A DNA stretch of 64,000 bases from an uncultured virus (IMG/VR IMGVR_UViG_3300025789_000021) (IMGVR_UViG_3300025789_000021); one strand, 5' to 3'; shown: positions 9,436 to 18,911, counted from the first letter of the stretch. Notes: generated from the sequence alone by a model not told the origin. Made by a program: numbers and translations.

Positions 9436-10854
9436 TTAGGATTTCTTAAGTGAATTGAGCATAGCCTTCAGTTTTGAACCTTGTGCATCGCCAATAACTC
9501 TACTACCAGATTCCTCAATCTGATTTTGAACTATTTGATTAGTGGAGCCTATTTGACTTGTTGTTTTAATTTGTTTCATAATCTGACTTGCATTCTGCTG
9601 TGGCTTATCATCTGTATCGGGGTCTTCATCTGTTATTCTCATAGTTTCAATGTTATATTCTAAGTCAATCTTTTGACCTACACCAGTAGAACTACGAGAC
9701 TTCATACACTGAATTTGATATTTGCCACGTTCACGCATGCTTCTGCTTGTGAAAATACCAAACACATAGTCTGCTGTATTGATCTTAGAGATACCACCAG
9801 CGATGTGGCTATGGTCAAATTCAATTTCTTCAACGGCACTACGGTTTAACTGTGACGCAGTTACCATTAGAATGCCCAACTCTTTTGCAAGATTACGCAG
9901 TTCTTCTGATACATATTTGTCTTTGATAAACTGATCATTTGGATTGACTTTTACAGATACGGGCATAACCAAGTCAAGATAATCAATCATCACAAAGTCA
10001 ACTTTAATTCCCGTCTGAATTTGAACTTCTTTCAAATAAGAACGAATATCATTGACATTACTTTGTGCTGGCAATCCCTTAACGCGGTATTGTCCAGACT
10101 TTTTGGATACCATTTTCACCTTGAGTTCCGCAGTATCCATGTCCTTGCGAATTTCTTTAGTGCTCATGCTTGTAAGCATTGCATCGGTGCGGAGGGAAGT
10201 TAGTTCTTCCGAAAGTTCAAGAGTTATGTATACGCCGCTAAGACCCATGCTGAGCCAGTTTAATGCCATGTTCATCATGACAAGTGACTTACCTGATCCA
10301 GAACCGCCCGCAAAAATATTTAATTCTCCGCGAGACATTCCTCCATACATGACACGATCAAGTTGTGGCCACCCAGTGCTTACTTGTCCACCTGCATTAA
10401 AATATTTGTTAAGGCGTCCTTTAGGGTCAGCAAAATAATCTGTGCCCATATCTTTCTGTAGTGATATTTGGACCGCATCTTTAACCAATTTTTCTACTGG
10501 ATTGAAATCTCCCTTTTCCAACAAATCTGCTGCCTTGAGAATGGCTCGTTCAAGTTCCTTGCGTTTGGTGAATGATTCAAATTCCTCAAGAAACCAATCA
10601 TAGTGACCATCATCTAAACCGTCAATGGGGAGAATTTCTTTACCAGTAACGGCTTTTATTTGAATAGGATCGGGCATAACTGAATATTGCCCCGCATGGG
10701 TTACTATGAACTTAATCACAGGTCTAAGCGTTCTGCTAAAATTTTCGACATTTAAAATGTTTATAACTCTAGTATAAAGATTAGGATTCGTAATCATCAT
10801 CCTAATGAACAATTCCTGTATCTCATCATTGAATTCTTGTATATGTGCTGTCAT
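9436..10854 (-). CDS. gp41: Replicative DnaB/gp41-like helicase
   Basis: Walker A GGSGSGKS, YITLELSE, IDYLDL, TASQLNR, KSR motifs. Likely start ATG 10854, after the promoter at 10861-10889. Confidence 0.92.
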   Translation of the reverse strand: MTAHIQEFNDEIQELFIRMMITNPNLYTRVINILNVENFSRTLRPVIKFIVTHAGQYSVMPDPIQIKAVTGKEILPIDGLDDGHYDWFLEEFESFTKRKELERAILKAADLLEKGDFNPVEKLVKDAVQISLQKDMGTDYFADPKGRLNKYFNAGGQVSTGWPQLDRVMYGGMSRGELNIFAGGSGSGKSLVMMNMALNWLSMGLSGVYITLELSEELTSLRTDAMLTSMSTKEIRKDMDTAELKVKMVSKKSGQYRVKGLPAQSNVNDIRSYLKEVQIQTGIKVDFVMIDYLDLVMPVSVKVNPNDQFIKDKYVSEELRNLAKELGILMVTASQLNRSAVEEIEFDHSHIAGGISKINTADYVFGIFTSRSMRERGKYQIQCMKSRSSTGVGQKIDLEYNIETMRITDEDPDTDDKPQQNASQIMKQIKTTSQIGSTNQIVQNQIEESGSRVIGDAQGSKLKAMLNSLKKS

Positions 10855-10860
10855 CTTTTT

Positions 10861-10889
10861 ACTATACCATAATATATCTATAGCATCAA
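10861..10889 (-). promoter_or_regulatory. sigma70-type promoter TTGATG-17-TATAGT for helicase
   Basis: Boxes at 10884-10889 and 10861-10866; ATG 6 nt downstream. Confidence 0.55.
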
Positions 10890-10946
10890 CTATTTTGTTA
10901 ATTATCATTGCACAATGAGGATAAAATCATTATATTATGATATGAA

Positions 10947-11030
10947 GATAAATAAAGGTGTGTAGTTCACGGGACTCCCAATCCCCAACTACTCTAACGC
11001 TTAAGAGGAGCAATCAGCATGACTATTTAT
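10947..11030 (+). promoter_or_regulatory. Conserved structured leader of homing endonuclease (copy 1)
   Basis: GATAAATA late promoter, GTAGTT...AACTAC hairpin, CTCTAACGCT...GAGGAGCA.TCAGC ATGACTATTTAT. Near-identical to 35438-35518. Confidence 0.75.
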
Positions 11031-11687
11031 TACGTATACGCATATCTGCGAAAATCCGACAACACACCATATTACATTGGTAAGGGCAGTGGTAACAGGG
11101 CATTTAGAAAACACCGTGGGTTAACTGTTCCAAAAGACAAGTCTAAAATAGTAATATTAAAGTCTGGTCTCACCGAACTGTGGGCATTAGCAATGGAACG
11201 TTGGTATATTCGTTGGTATGGTCGTAAGGACAACAACACCGGTATATTACGCAATAAAACGGATGGTGGCGATGGGGCTACGAATGTGTCTGACGAGACA
11301 AAAGCAAAAATTGGTAAAAATAGCAGCTTGGCATTATCTGGTAGAGTTAGACCTGACCTAAGCATTGCGTTAAAGGGTAACCAATGTGCAAAGGGTGCAG
11401 TAAGGACTGATGAACAGAAAGAGAATGCCCGAATCTGGAAGACCGGAAGATCAAATACTAAAATACAGAATGATCGCATAAGACAGACATTAACTGGCGT
11501 AAAACATACCGAAGAGCGTTCATTAAAAAAATCAGCATCCACAAAAGGAAGAAAGAGTCCTCTAAAAGGCGTTCCTCAAACAAAAGTAACGTGCCCGCAT
11601 TGCAATAAAATTGGCGGGATGTCCAGAATGAAGGGTATACACTTTGATAAGTGTAAACTAAACCCTATCAATCTCGTTGTAGCTTAA
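11019..11687 (+). mobile_element. Free-standing GIY-YIG homing endonuclease
   Basis: YYVYAY...PYYIGKG...R, E...I...G, N.TDGG; NUMOD3-like basic repeats; C-terminal CPHC...HFDKC. Antisense to its neighbours. Confidence 0.85.
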
Positions 11688-11785
11688 TAAGAATGATGGT
11701 TATTGACGGTCAGTGTTCTTGGGGCATCAGTGACCATCATTCTAAGAAACAAGGTCTGTATATCTAAATTAAATTCTGTTATCAA
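11684..11785 (-). pseudogene. Truncated duplicate of helicase N-terminus
   Basis: TTG start overlapping the primase 3' end gives (M)ITEFNLDIQTLFLRMMVTDA..., matching helicase IQEFNDEIQELFIRMMITNP; stops after 33 aa. Confidence 0.75.
11690..11743 (+). terminator. Long hairpin at 3' end of endonuclease transcript
   Basis: AGAATGATGGTTATTGA ... TCAGTGACCATCATTCT pairs fully (with G-U pairs) on the + strand. Confidence 0.5.
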
Positions 11786-12743
11786 TTCTTCTTCTCGCCA
11801 TCTGAATCTTAATCTTACTGTTCGTTGCTGATTGCATTATACTTAGTAGAGTTGGTAGTCTTCCATATTTTACTATGGCATCATTTACATCTTTTATGTC
11901 ATCACCCCAGTTTGGAATGCTTACTTTGAATCCAAGTTCTAATGCAGGATCACAAATTTCAAGACCAGACTTATCCTGATCTGGAACGACAATGATCGTT
12001 CTGTTCAAATTTCGCAATATATCAACTTGCGTTTCGTTTATGGTATTTGATGTTAATGCACATCCGTTTATACTCAATGCATCAAATATGCCTTCAACAA
12101 CAATACAGTATTGCCATTCTGGTTTTTGAAAATCATAACCAAACAAATACCCGACCTGTTGTTCTTTAATGAACTTTGGTGTGCGGTTATCCAAATACCG
12201 ACTGGTATGTCCTACAATTTTGTTATTAAATGTGTATGGTATAATAATGCGATTACTATTTCTTCCTTCTTCATCCGGAGTTACCCTGAACGGATAATCT
12301 TTGTAATTTATATTTCTACTTTCTAAATAATCAATGAACACTTGATGCTTAGGATTGTTACTATCAATTAATTCTGATTTTGGAAGAGCGACTTCATCAA
12401 ACTTTATCTTCTTTTTCTTCTTGACAGTGCTATATAGTTCTACTAGATTCTTTTGCTTTAAACTGTCAAAATTCCACTCATTGATTTGTGAGTCATCTAT
12501 TCCAATCCAATGCAGCAGCATTTTTGTGTTACCGCTGAATTGTCTACCCAAAACAAAGCCGCATTTAAATCCGCAATTAAAGCAGTGATATGACCAGTTG
12601 GTTCCCTCACTAAACTTTATTCCGCCGCGCATACGTTTATCAGGCTTATGCCCCCGATGATGGCAGCAGGGTGCATTCACACTTGTCCATCCACTTGATG
12701 TGTGCTTTTTTCTTCCCGGCAGTAGAGATAGAATGTCAAACAT
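11769..12743 (-). CDS. gp61: DNA primase (gp61-like)
   Basis: Zn finger CC-H...HCFNC, RIIIP, TOPRIM VVEGIFDA, PDQD, KDVND. Confidence 0.88.
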   Translation of the reverse strand: MFDILSLLPGRKKHTSSGWTSVNAPCCHHRGHKPDKRMRGGIKFSEGTNWSYHCFNCGFKCGFVLGRQFSGNTKMLLHWIGIDDSQINEWNFDSLKQKNLVELYSTVKKKKKIKFDEVALPKSELIDSNNPKHQVFIDYLESRNINYKDYPFRVTPDEEGRNSNRIIIPYTFNNKIVGHTSRYLDNRTPKFIKEQQVGYLFGYDFQKPEWQYCIVVEGIFDALSINGCALTSNTINETQVDILRNLNRTIIVVPDQDKSGLEICDPALELGFKVSIPNWGDDIKDVNDAIVKYGRLPTLLSIMQSATNSKIKIQMARRRIDNRI

Positions 12744-12791
12744 AATCTATATTATAACAGACTTGACAGAAAAATCAAGTATTATGGTAAC

Positions 12792-13577
12792 TTAGCGAGA
12801 TAGAATGTTTGTTACGGCACCAGCATTGCTGGTAAATGCCATGCGTATATATGGATGATATCCGTTAACCACATAACCATAAGTATCTGTTACGTTAGAA
12901 TATGAAACATTGGAAATTGGATACCAATCGGTATCTACCTGACACGATCCTTCAATCAGAACAGAGCCAACATATTGATCATAAGTCGCCTGTAGTGTCA
13001 AGACTGGATTGTTATCAGTGCTGATAACACTGGTATAATAGGTATTAGCATTTGGATATTGATAATCTGGTGAAAGGTTTGCGTTATTCAGATTCGGAAA
13101 TGCCTGTCCAGTCGGAATAGTCACTTGACTGGACGGGACAAACGCCGGAAGCACAGAATTAACTATATTAATATCTCCTCGTGCACCGCCATTTTGGTCC
13201 ACAAATACAGGATAGTTTAAATTGCCGACTGGAATCTCAAGTGAGTAGTAACACTTTTGTGCATCAATGTCTGCCAGATCAGCGGCACCAAGGTCCAATG
13301 TTGCTATTCCTGTTAGGGGTAATTTTAGGTTTAATGTAGCTGCCAGCAGAATTGCATTGCCATCATAACTAAGTATTCTGCACGTGATAGATAAACCAGT
13401 AATGTCAATTGGCTTTTGTTCCTGATTAAGGAACTGGAATTGAATTTGATTGTCAACCCCTTTATTGAGGGTTAATGGTTTACTATATTGTGGCATATAT
13501 ATCCTCGGTGAAAAACCTGACTGGAGAATAACAATCTGCCGCTGAATGTATACAAAAACTGAGGTGGCATATGACAT
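12792..13577 (-). CDS. Putative virion structural protein
   Basis: 261 aa, beta-rich composition, late TAAATA upstream (~13604). Confidence 0.55.
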   Translation of the reverse strand: MSYATSVFVYIQRQIVILQSGFSPRIYMPQYSKPLTLNKGVDNQIQFQFLNQEQKPIDITGLSITCRILSYDGNAILLAATLNLKLPLTGIATLDLGAADLADIDAQKCYYSLEIPVGNLNYPVFVDQNGGARGDINIVNSVLPAFVPSSQVTIPTGQAFPNLNNANLSPDYQYPNANTYYTSVISTDNNPVLTLQATYDQYVGSVLIEGSCQVDTDWYPISNVSYSNVTDTYGYVVNGYHPYIRMAFTSNAGAVTNILSR

Positions 13578-13663
13578 GTTAAATTGTTACCCTTTCCATC
13601 TTGTATTTAGTCTTGTATATATGAAAATATTAAGTTTTAATCACAAGACTAAATATAAAAAGT

Positions 13664-14044
13664 ATGGATAATAATGATTTTTTTAACAAACTGACGCTGA
13701 ATCACCCGTTTATTACGGTCTGTGCCTACGCAAGTCAAGATTACGTGGGCATAATTCAGAACAGAGATGACATGGTTACTACCATATATGATTATGGATC
13801 AATAGTGCAATCTGAATTGAGAGAAAGATTTTTAGAATTAGGGGAAATATGGTGGTGGGAATCAAATAGAACTATTCCCATTAATATTTTTTTGAAAAAG
13901 GATTGGGATGTTTTTAAACCATACTTAAAGACATTTAATAATAAAAGCTTGGTCATACTTCATGGACCGGTAGTAAGCATCACCGATTTCTTGAAAAAAC
14001 GATCAAAGAGACGTTCAATTACTATGGTTAAACGTCTTCCTTAA
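13664..14044 (+). CDS. Hypothetical protein
   Basis: 126 aa plus-strand ORF behind TAAATA at 13650-13655. Confidence 0.7.
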   Translation: MDNNDFFNKLTLNHPFITVCAYASQDYVGIIQNRDDMVTTIYDYGSIVQSELRERFLELGEIWWWESNRTIPINIFLKKDWDVFKPYLKTFNNKSLVILHGPVVSITDFLKKRSKRRSITMVKRLP

Positions 14045-14249
14045 TTGACCAGTTTGGCATTCGCGAATGCTTCAGTTTGTCAAAATGATCTTCAATTTTT
14101 CTGAGTTCCGACAGCCTATCAATAGTCCACTGAATAATTACTGGTCGCATGTCACCACACGCCATATCAACCATGGCTTCTTCTCTCATGCGGACAAGAG
14201 TTTCAGTTGCTTCGTCATACTGAACAGGGTATTGAATAATATTTCGCAT
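14028..14249 (-). CDS. Hypothetical protein
   Basis: 73 aa, AGGA RBS, follows def. Confidence 0.5.
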   Translation of the reverse strand: MRNIIQYPVQYDEATETLVRMREEAMVDMACGDMRPVIIQWTIDRLSELRKIEDHFDKLKHSRMPNWSIKEDV

Positions 14250-14253
14250 ATTT

Positions 14254-14760
14254 TTATCCTTTTCTATTCATTTTCTTTAAATATTTTGTGCGTTTTTCTT
14301 TGGCCAGTTTCACATTCATGTCACTGGCTCGCTCATCAAACGTAATACCCAACAGATGATCTAATTCATGAAGGAATACACGGGCTTCAATGCCTGTCAA
14401 TTGACGTTCAATTACCTCTCCGGAAGTGGATTGATATTGCACTGTGCATGATGCTGGTCGCTTTACCTTGAGCCACAATTCCGGAAAACTTAGACAACCT
14501 TCAATTTCAACAATGGGGTCATCATCGGGAAAAGATACAATCTGTGGATTAATACACACGACCATCTTGGTAAAGTTTCCCATAATAAATATACTCTTGC
14601 TGATACCAACCTGAGGGGCGGCGAGACCTACTCCGCCGTTTTCGGTTAGAATTCTAACCATATCTTTTACCAACTCAGTAGGATCACCATCAGTTTCAAA
14701 ATCCCATGCAGTGGCTTCTGCATGAAGTTTTGGATCATTTTCTTTAAGTAGTTCCATCAA
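14254..14760 (-). CDS. def: Peptide deformylase
   Basis: GVGLAAPQVG, EGCLSFP, HELDHLLG motifs. Confidence 0.95.
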   Translation of the reverse strand: MMELLKENDPKLHAEATAWDFETDGDPTELVKDMVRILTENGGVGLAAPQVGISKSIFIMGNFTKMVVCINPQIVSFPDDDPIVEIEGCLSFPELWLKVKRPASCTVQYQSTSGEVIERQLTGIEARVFLHELDHLLGITFDERASDMNVKLAKEKRTKYLKKMNRKG

Positions 14761-14766
14761 TAATCC

Positions 14767-14943
14767 TTAATCATTTCTTAGAGTGTGCCAAATAATGTCA
14801 CCCTCATTAACCCAAACGAGAATATTATCGCCTTGTTGAAAAAGTTCAGCACTTAATCCTTGACGCATTTCACCAAACGTAGTCTTTTCACCATTCGGTA
14901 TTTTTGCACGTTCCCATCTGATTGAAGGCTGATTCTTAATCAT
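14767..14943 (-). CDS. Small hypothetical protein (58 aa, not in ORF track)
   Basis: MIKNQPSIRWERAKIPNG...WHTLRND fills the gap exactly; GGAG RBS. Confidence 0.5.
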   Translation of the reverse strand: MIKNQPSIRWERAKIPNGEKTTFGEMRQGLSAELFQQGDNILVWVNEGDIIWHTLRND

Positions 14944-15271
14944 CTCCGCGCTCCCTCAACTTCCGTTTTAGGGATTCATTTTCGCGTTTGATTTTGGAAA
15001 TCTTTTCATGAGACCAACTGAGTTCTTCATAGTTGTCTATAATGGACGTAATCTCATCGCGATTGATTTCGCGCAACTCATCGCCTTCCGGTGTAACGAA
15101 AAGCGTGTTAACGTCCCAGTCAAATCCGAGATAAACATGTTTTACTGGAACGCTTCCAGCAGGACCCATTTGTCCAACGCGAAATACAGGAATGACAACC
15201 TGCACTTCTTCTGGATGCCGATGACGAGATACAATATTATCAATCATTGTCTTAAGTTCAATCAGATTCAT
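14936..15271 (-). CDS. Hypothetical protein
   Basis: 111 aa overlapping both neighbours. Confidence 0.55.
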   Translation of the reverse strand: MNLIELKTMIDNIVSRHRHPEEVQVVIPVFRVGQMGPAGSVPVKHVYLGFDWDVNTLFVTPEGDELREINRDEITSIIDNYEELSWSHEKISKIKRENESLKRKLRERGDD

Positions 15272-15845
15272 TAATACTTCCTTCCGATATCAGATTCATA
15301 TGGACCACAACGAGTTGCGCATAAGATATTGCGTGGCTACGTTTAAACTGATAGCCGTTATCATCTTTCTCCCAAACTGCTTGACTAATCTCTTTCCAAG
15401 ACTTGCCAAGTAGATGTCGCTTTGCGGGGCGAATTGCTGCAAGAAACATAGCAAGACGAGGAATAGAGTCAATCGGCTCGGGCATTCTCTGAATGAAGTC
15501 GTAACTATTGTTGAGGTGAATTAATTGTTCAACAAACTCACGATTTTTTAGATTTGACCAATTAGGTTCACGCATCAATTCAATGATATGTTCTTCATTC
15601 TTCACATAGTTATACACGTGAACGTTAAGCAAGTCGAGCTTAAAATAACCGCGTTTGTCTGCTTCTTTGTAATCAACAGCAGCCATATCATGAACAGGAT
15701 CGTAAGGTATTTCGGTGATATAGACACCGCTGTTGTGTTTGCGGATAGGATTTACTTTTCGCATACCAGCAGGGATATGTTTTATAAGTGACAAGATTTT
15801 GTCACGATCACCCAAATCAATGTCAATATCACTATTAATATTCAT
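15258..15845 (-). CDS. Miniature DNA polymerase III alpha (DnaE)-like protein
   Basis: SDIDIDL, KHNSGVYI, GYFKLDLL, LAAIRP, GYQFKRSHAISY mirror DnaE motifs in order within 195 aa. Confidence 0.75.
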   Translation of the reverse strand: MNINSDIDIDLGDRDKILSLIKHIPAGMRKVNPIRKHNSGVYITEIPYDPVHDMAAVDYKEADKRGYFKLDLLNVHVYNYVKNEEHIIELMREPNWSNLKNREFVEQLIHLNNSYDFIQRMPEPIDSIPRLAMFLAAIRPAKRHLLGKSWKEISQAVWEKDDNGYQFKRSHAISYAQLVVVHMNLISEGSINESD

Positions 15846-16393
15846 GCGAGGTGCGTAAAACCAGCAGCGATCAGTTTCTGATAGGCTTTCTGAGCAATGA
15901 ATGCCTGACGCTCGGCGTCTTCAACGGCGATATGACTGGTCACATACCCATCATCCTTAACATTTACATTGGCAATTTTATATAGAGTGCGGCAGTCTCG
16001 GACAACCCAGAATTGGTATGGTATGTTGATTCCCAGTTGTCTCCACGCAGACTCAGCAATAGATATGTCAAAGGTTGCTCCGTTTGACCAAATACCATCA
16101 ATGTTCCAGCAAAACTTTGCCAACTGTTCCATACAATCCTTAAATGGAATTCTTCCGTCTTCTCCCATTGCTCGTTCAATGGCTTCTGGTGATTGCGTTT
16201 CCCACCACTTCAAAGTTGACTCACTGATAGTGCGTCCGTATACTTCCGATTGTTCATCAATCATTGGAAGCAATTGCAATCGCTCAGTAACTCCGGTGCC
16301 GCTTGGATCAAATTTTACTGCACCAACAGATAGAATAACAGAGTCCGGTGTGGTATCTAAAGTTTCAAAATCAATCATAATCTCAATAGTCAT
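15842..16393 (-). CDS. DEDDh 3'-5' exonuclease (Rv2179c/exo VIII-like)
   Basis: MIDFETL, WSNGATFDI, RDCRT, H.A.EDA. Confidence 0.85.
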   Translation of the reverse strand: MTIEIMIDFETLDTTPDSVILSVGAVKFDPSGTGVTERLQLLPMIDEQSEVYGRTISESTLKWWETQSPEAIERAMGEDGRIPFKDCMEQLAKFCWNIDGIWSNGATFDISIAESAWRQLGINIPYQFWVVRDCRTLYKIANVNVKDDGYVTSHIAVEDAERQAFIAQKAYQKLIAAGFTHLA

Positions 16394-16399
16394 TACTTA

Positions 16400-16690
16400 T
16401 TATCTCCATTTTAATAAAAAATATGTATGTAGTTTTTCATCTACTATTTCATATTTGTCAGTTATGTTTCCACTAACGATATTCATTTTTATACCGTAGT
16501 TTTTTTCAACATAGTCTTCAAACTCATAGGCATCAAACTGTCCTGCGAGCGCATCAAGCGTTTCCATATACTCTGCGCGAATTTTCTTTAATATATCCCA
16601 ATATTCCCAACGTTTCTTGCGAAAGTCAAGTTCTGGGTCTGATGGGTCTACATCAGCTAAGCTTTTTTTGGGAACCATTACCACAAACAT
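16400..16690 (-). CDS. Short protein, FxL[RK]W C-terminal family
   Basis: Ends YFLLKWR. Confidence 0.6.
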   Translation of the reverse strand: MFVVMVPKKSLADVDPSDPELDFRKKRWEYWDILKKIRAEYMETLDALAGQFDAYEFEDYVEKNYGIKMNIVSGNITDKYEIVDEKLHTYFLLKWR

Positions 16691-16731
16691 TATCCTTATC
16701 TTATAACAGCAATTACTGTAAATGTCAAGAA

Positions 16732-17013
16732 TTACTCACACAACTTCCAGTGAACATATGTTCTTTCATCTAAAATAATATGCCCGGATATCTTATACCA
16801 TCTTCCCAAATAAACAGGATCACTATAGTGTTCGTAGCACCATTTTTCCAATTCGGATGACCCTTTAACCAATCTGTCAGTGCCCCAGACCGGTATTCTG
16901 ATGAACTGCACCTCTTCCCAATTGCCGTTTATTTGGATTTTCTTTTTTATTTTTTGTGTTTGGGGGATTTGGTCTGTGATAATTTGAACTATCCCCATGT
17001 TAGATTGAACCAT
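16732..17013 (-). CDS. Short protein, FxL[RK]W-related family (divergent end)
   Basis: ELEKWC...YVHWKLCE. Confidence 0.5.
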   Translation of the reverse strand: MVQSNMGIVQIITDQIPQTQKIKKKIQINGNWEEVQFIRIPVWGTDRLVKGSSELEKWCYEHYSDPVYLGRWYKISGHIILDERTYVHWKLCE

Positions 17014-17222
17014 ACGTAATCTTTCTGATATCTGAACTTGACATCCATCGTGTCTCCCTGATACACCCAGCGGCAGTGACGTTCATGCTTATCAATGTGT
17101 TCCTTGAGCCAGTTTATCACTTCTGCATATTTCTTTATAGAGCCATGGATATTTACGGATACTTCATGCCAGCCGGGTTTAGTATTTTCCCATCCACGAC
17201 TTAAGTCATAGTGTTCTAACAT
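16989..17222 (-). CDS. Short protein, FxL[RK]W family
   Basis: EVINWL...FRYQKDYVWFNLTWG. Confidence 0.6.
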   Translation of the reverse strand: MLEHYDLSRGWENTKPGWHEVSVNIHGSIKKYAEVINWLKEHIDKHERHCRWVYQGDTMDVKFRYQKDYVWFNLTWG

Positions 17223-17223
17223 G

Positions 17224-17430
17224 CTATTCCCATCTCAACAAGAATGCTATCAGGTCCGACTCAGTTTTAAACTCTAAGATCATACCCTCCCGTATCCATC
17301 CCGGAGTGCATGCATCTGCCCATTCTTCAATCTCGTTACTTTTTTCAACATAATATCTCCAATCAACGATAGTCAATAATGGAAGTTTAAAATAATCTAT
17401 TTGCGAGAACTTCATAACCAAGAACTTCAT
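17224..17430 (-). CDS. Short protein, FxL[RK]W family
   Basis: EIEEWA...FKTESDLIAFLLRWE; ATGA overlap with upstream ORF. Confidence 0.6.
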   Translation of the reverse strand: MKFLVMKFSQIDYFKLPLLTIVDWRYYVEKSNEIEEWADACTPGWIREGMILEFKTESDLIAFLLRWE

Positions 17431-17648
17431 AACCATCTCAGTGCAAATAGAATTGCTGAGCTTTCATTATCAAAGTAGAATGTTTTGATTGTTTTATGTT
17501 CTGGTCCAATAGGACGATTACTTATCCAATTGCGATATGTTCCAAGGAAACCATCACAGTTATACATTGCCCACATTTCTAAGTCGTCTTTTTTATTGTA
17601 TGATATATTTTCATAATCAACATTGACTGTGATAATATCCTCAACCAT
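17427..17648 (-). CDS. Short protein, FxL[RK]W family
   Basis: DLEMWA...FDNESSAILFALRWL. Confidence 0.6.
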   Translation of the reverse strand: MVEDIITVNVDYENISYNKKDDLEMWAMYNCDGFLGTYRNWISNRPIGPEHKTIKTFYFDNESSAILFALRWL

Positions 17649-18379
17649 CAGTATCCACCCACTTCCAACAGTTGCTTGACTTGTATGACCATATCAGCAT
17701 CGCGTTTGAACTTTATTGCCCACTGCTCAGGGTTAATATATTCTAAAATATACTTTTGCTGAACCTCGTCCAATGCTTCAAGGAAGGAAATTCCGCTCGC
17801 ACTGTGAAACAGCATCCATGGGCTAATCTTACCATTTATGATATATTGACAAATACGATTACGGTTCACATAACGTAAACAATCCTTGCTCTGAATTCCC
17901 GCTTCTTTGGCAAGATCAATTGTCGTTTCAATGCTGCGAGCAATGGCATCAAGCGGGTCTTCATCTTTAAGATATTGAATTAGAAATTTGTTATAGTTTA
18001 CATCGCTGCACCAATTGTCAATCTTAATTTTGTTGTCAAGCAACCAATCAGCATAACGGTTTACGTTGATTACTTTGACATTTACGCAATAATGCCCAAA
18101 CTTAACAAAAGCAATGTAATATGAAGATTTGGCAAAGTCCACGTAGGTAAGTTGTTTTTTAGTTGCCGTGTTTTTCTTGTAGAACCTAAGCCATGATTGA
18201 AAACCGATACGATTGCCAGCCAAGTCATGATCTTGCCATCTTCTTTTTTGTTCGCACAAATGGCTAATCATCGTTGTTTCCTTCTGGAAATAACGATTGC
18301 AGAATTCACACTGAAATTCTGATTTAATTTCCGAGGGCTTTTTCGTATTCTTTAATGTCTTGGTCGGTAATAATTTCAC
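17648..18379 (-). CDS. Hypothetical protein with N-terminal C2HC zinc finger
   Basis: FQCEFCNRYF...HLC; the true start may be slightly downstream. Confidence 0.65.
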   Translation of the reverse strand: MKLLPTKTLKNTKKPSEIKSEFQCEFCNRYFQKETTMISHLCEQKRRWQDHDLAGNRIGFQSWLRFYKKNTATKKQLTYVDFAKSSYYIAFVKFGHYCVNVKVINVNRYADWLLDNKIKIDNWCSDVNYNKFLIQYLKDEDPLDAIARSIETTIDLAKEAGIQSKDCLRYVNRNRICQYIINGKISPWMLFHSASGISFLEALDEVQQKYILEYINPEQWAIKFKRDADMVIQVKQLLEVGGY

Positions 18380-18911
18380 TTAAAATCTCAATTTCATCGT
18401 ATTTAAGGGTAGGAAACTTTTCACCAAGATACATCTTTCTTTGATGGTTGTCAATAAAGACATCACTCAAAAGAGTAACATCCCCATCACTGGTCTTTGG
18501 GTATATTTTCTTGAAGTAGTCCTTGATTTCTTTTGACTTAGGAGATTCCCTGAGTTTGCTGACTCTATCTCTAATATGAGGAATCCATTGATGGAATTGT
18601 TTTCCAATGCCCGGACTTGCGGAGCATAACATTAGCCATTGCAATTTTGGATGCTTTTGCACGTTCTCGTTAAACATATGAAGATTAGCATGATATTCAG
18701 TGCTCTGTAGATAATATGACTGAACGTCACGGTTTGCTTTAATAGCACTGATCCAGTGAAGCATCATGAATGGTATGAACTTCTTCTGCTGATCAGCGGT
18801 CAATCTATCATAGTAAGAATAGTCTTTTTTGTCTATGGCGGCAAGTGCTTCAAACAAGTCAAAATCCTGTTTTTCAAATTTTTCTTCTACCGGGAGTTTT
18901 TCTTTAGCCAT
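18324..18911 (-). CDS. Putative clamp-loader small subunit (gp62-like)
   Basis: DLFEALAAID..., KKFIPFMM..W.S, HPKLQW resemble T4-like gp62; replication-gene context. Confidence 0.45.
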   Translation of the reverse strand: MAKEKLPVEEKFEKQDFDLFEALAAIDKKDYSYYDRLTADQQKKFIPFMMLHWISAIKANRDVQSYYLQSTEYHANLHMFNENVQKHPKLQWLMLCSASPGIGKQFHQWIPHIRDRVSKLRESPKSKEIKDYFKKIYPKTSDGDVTLLSDVFIDNHQRKMYLGEKFPTLKYDEIEILSEIITDQDIKEYEKALGN

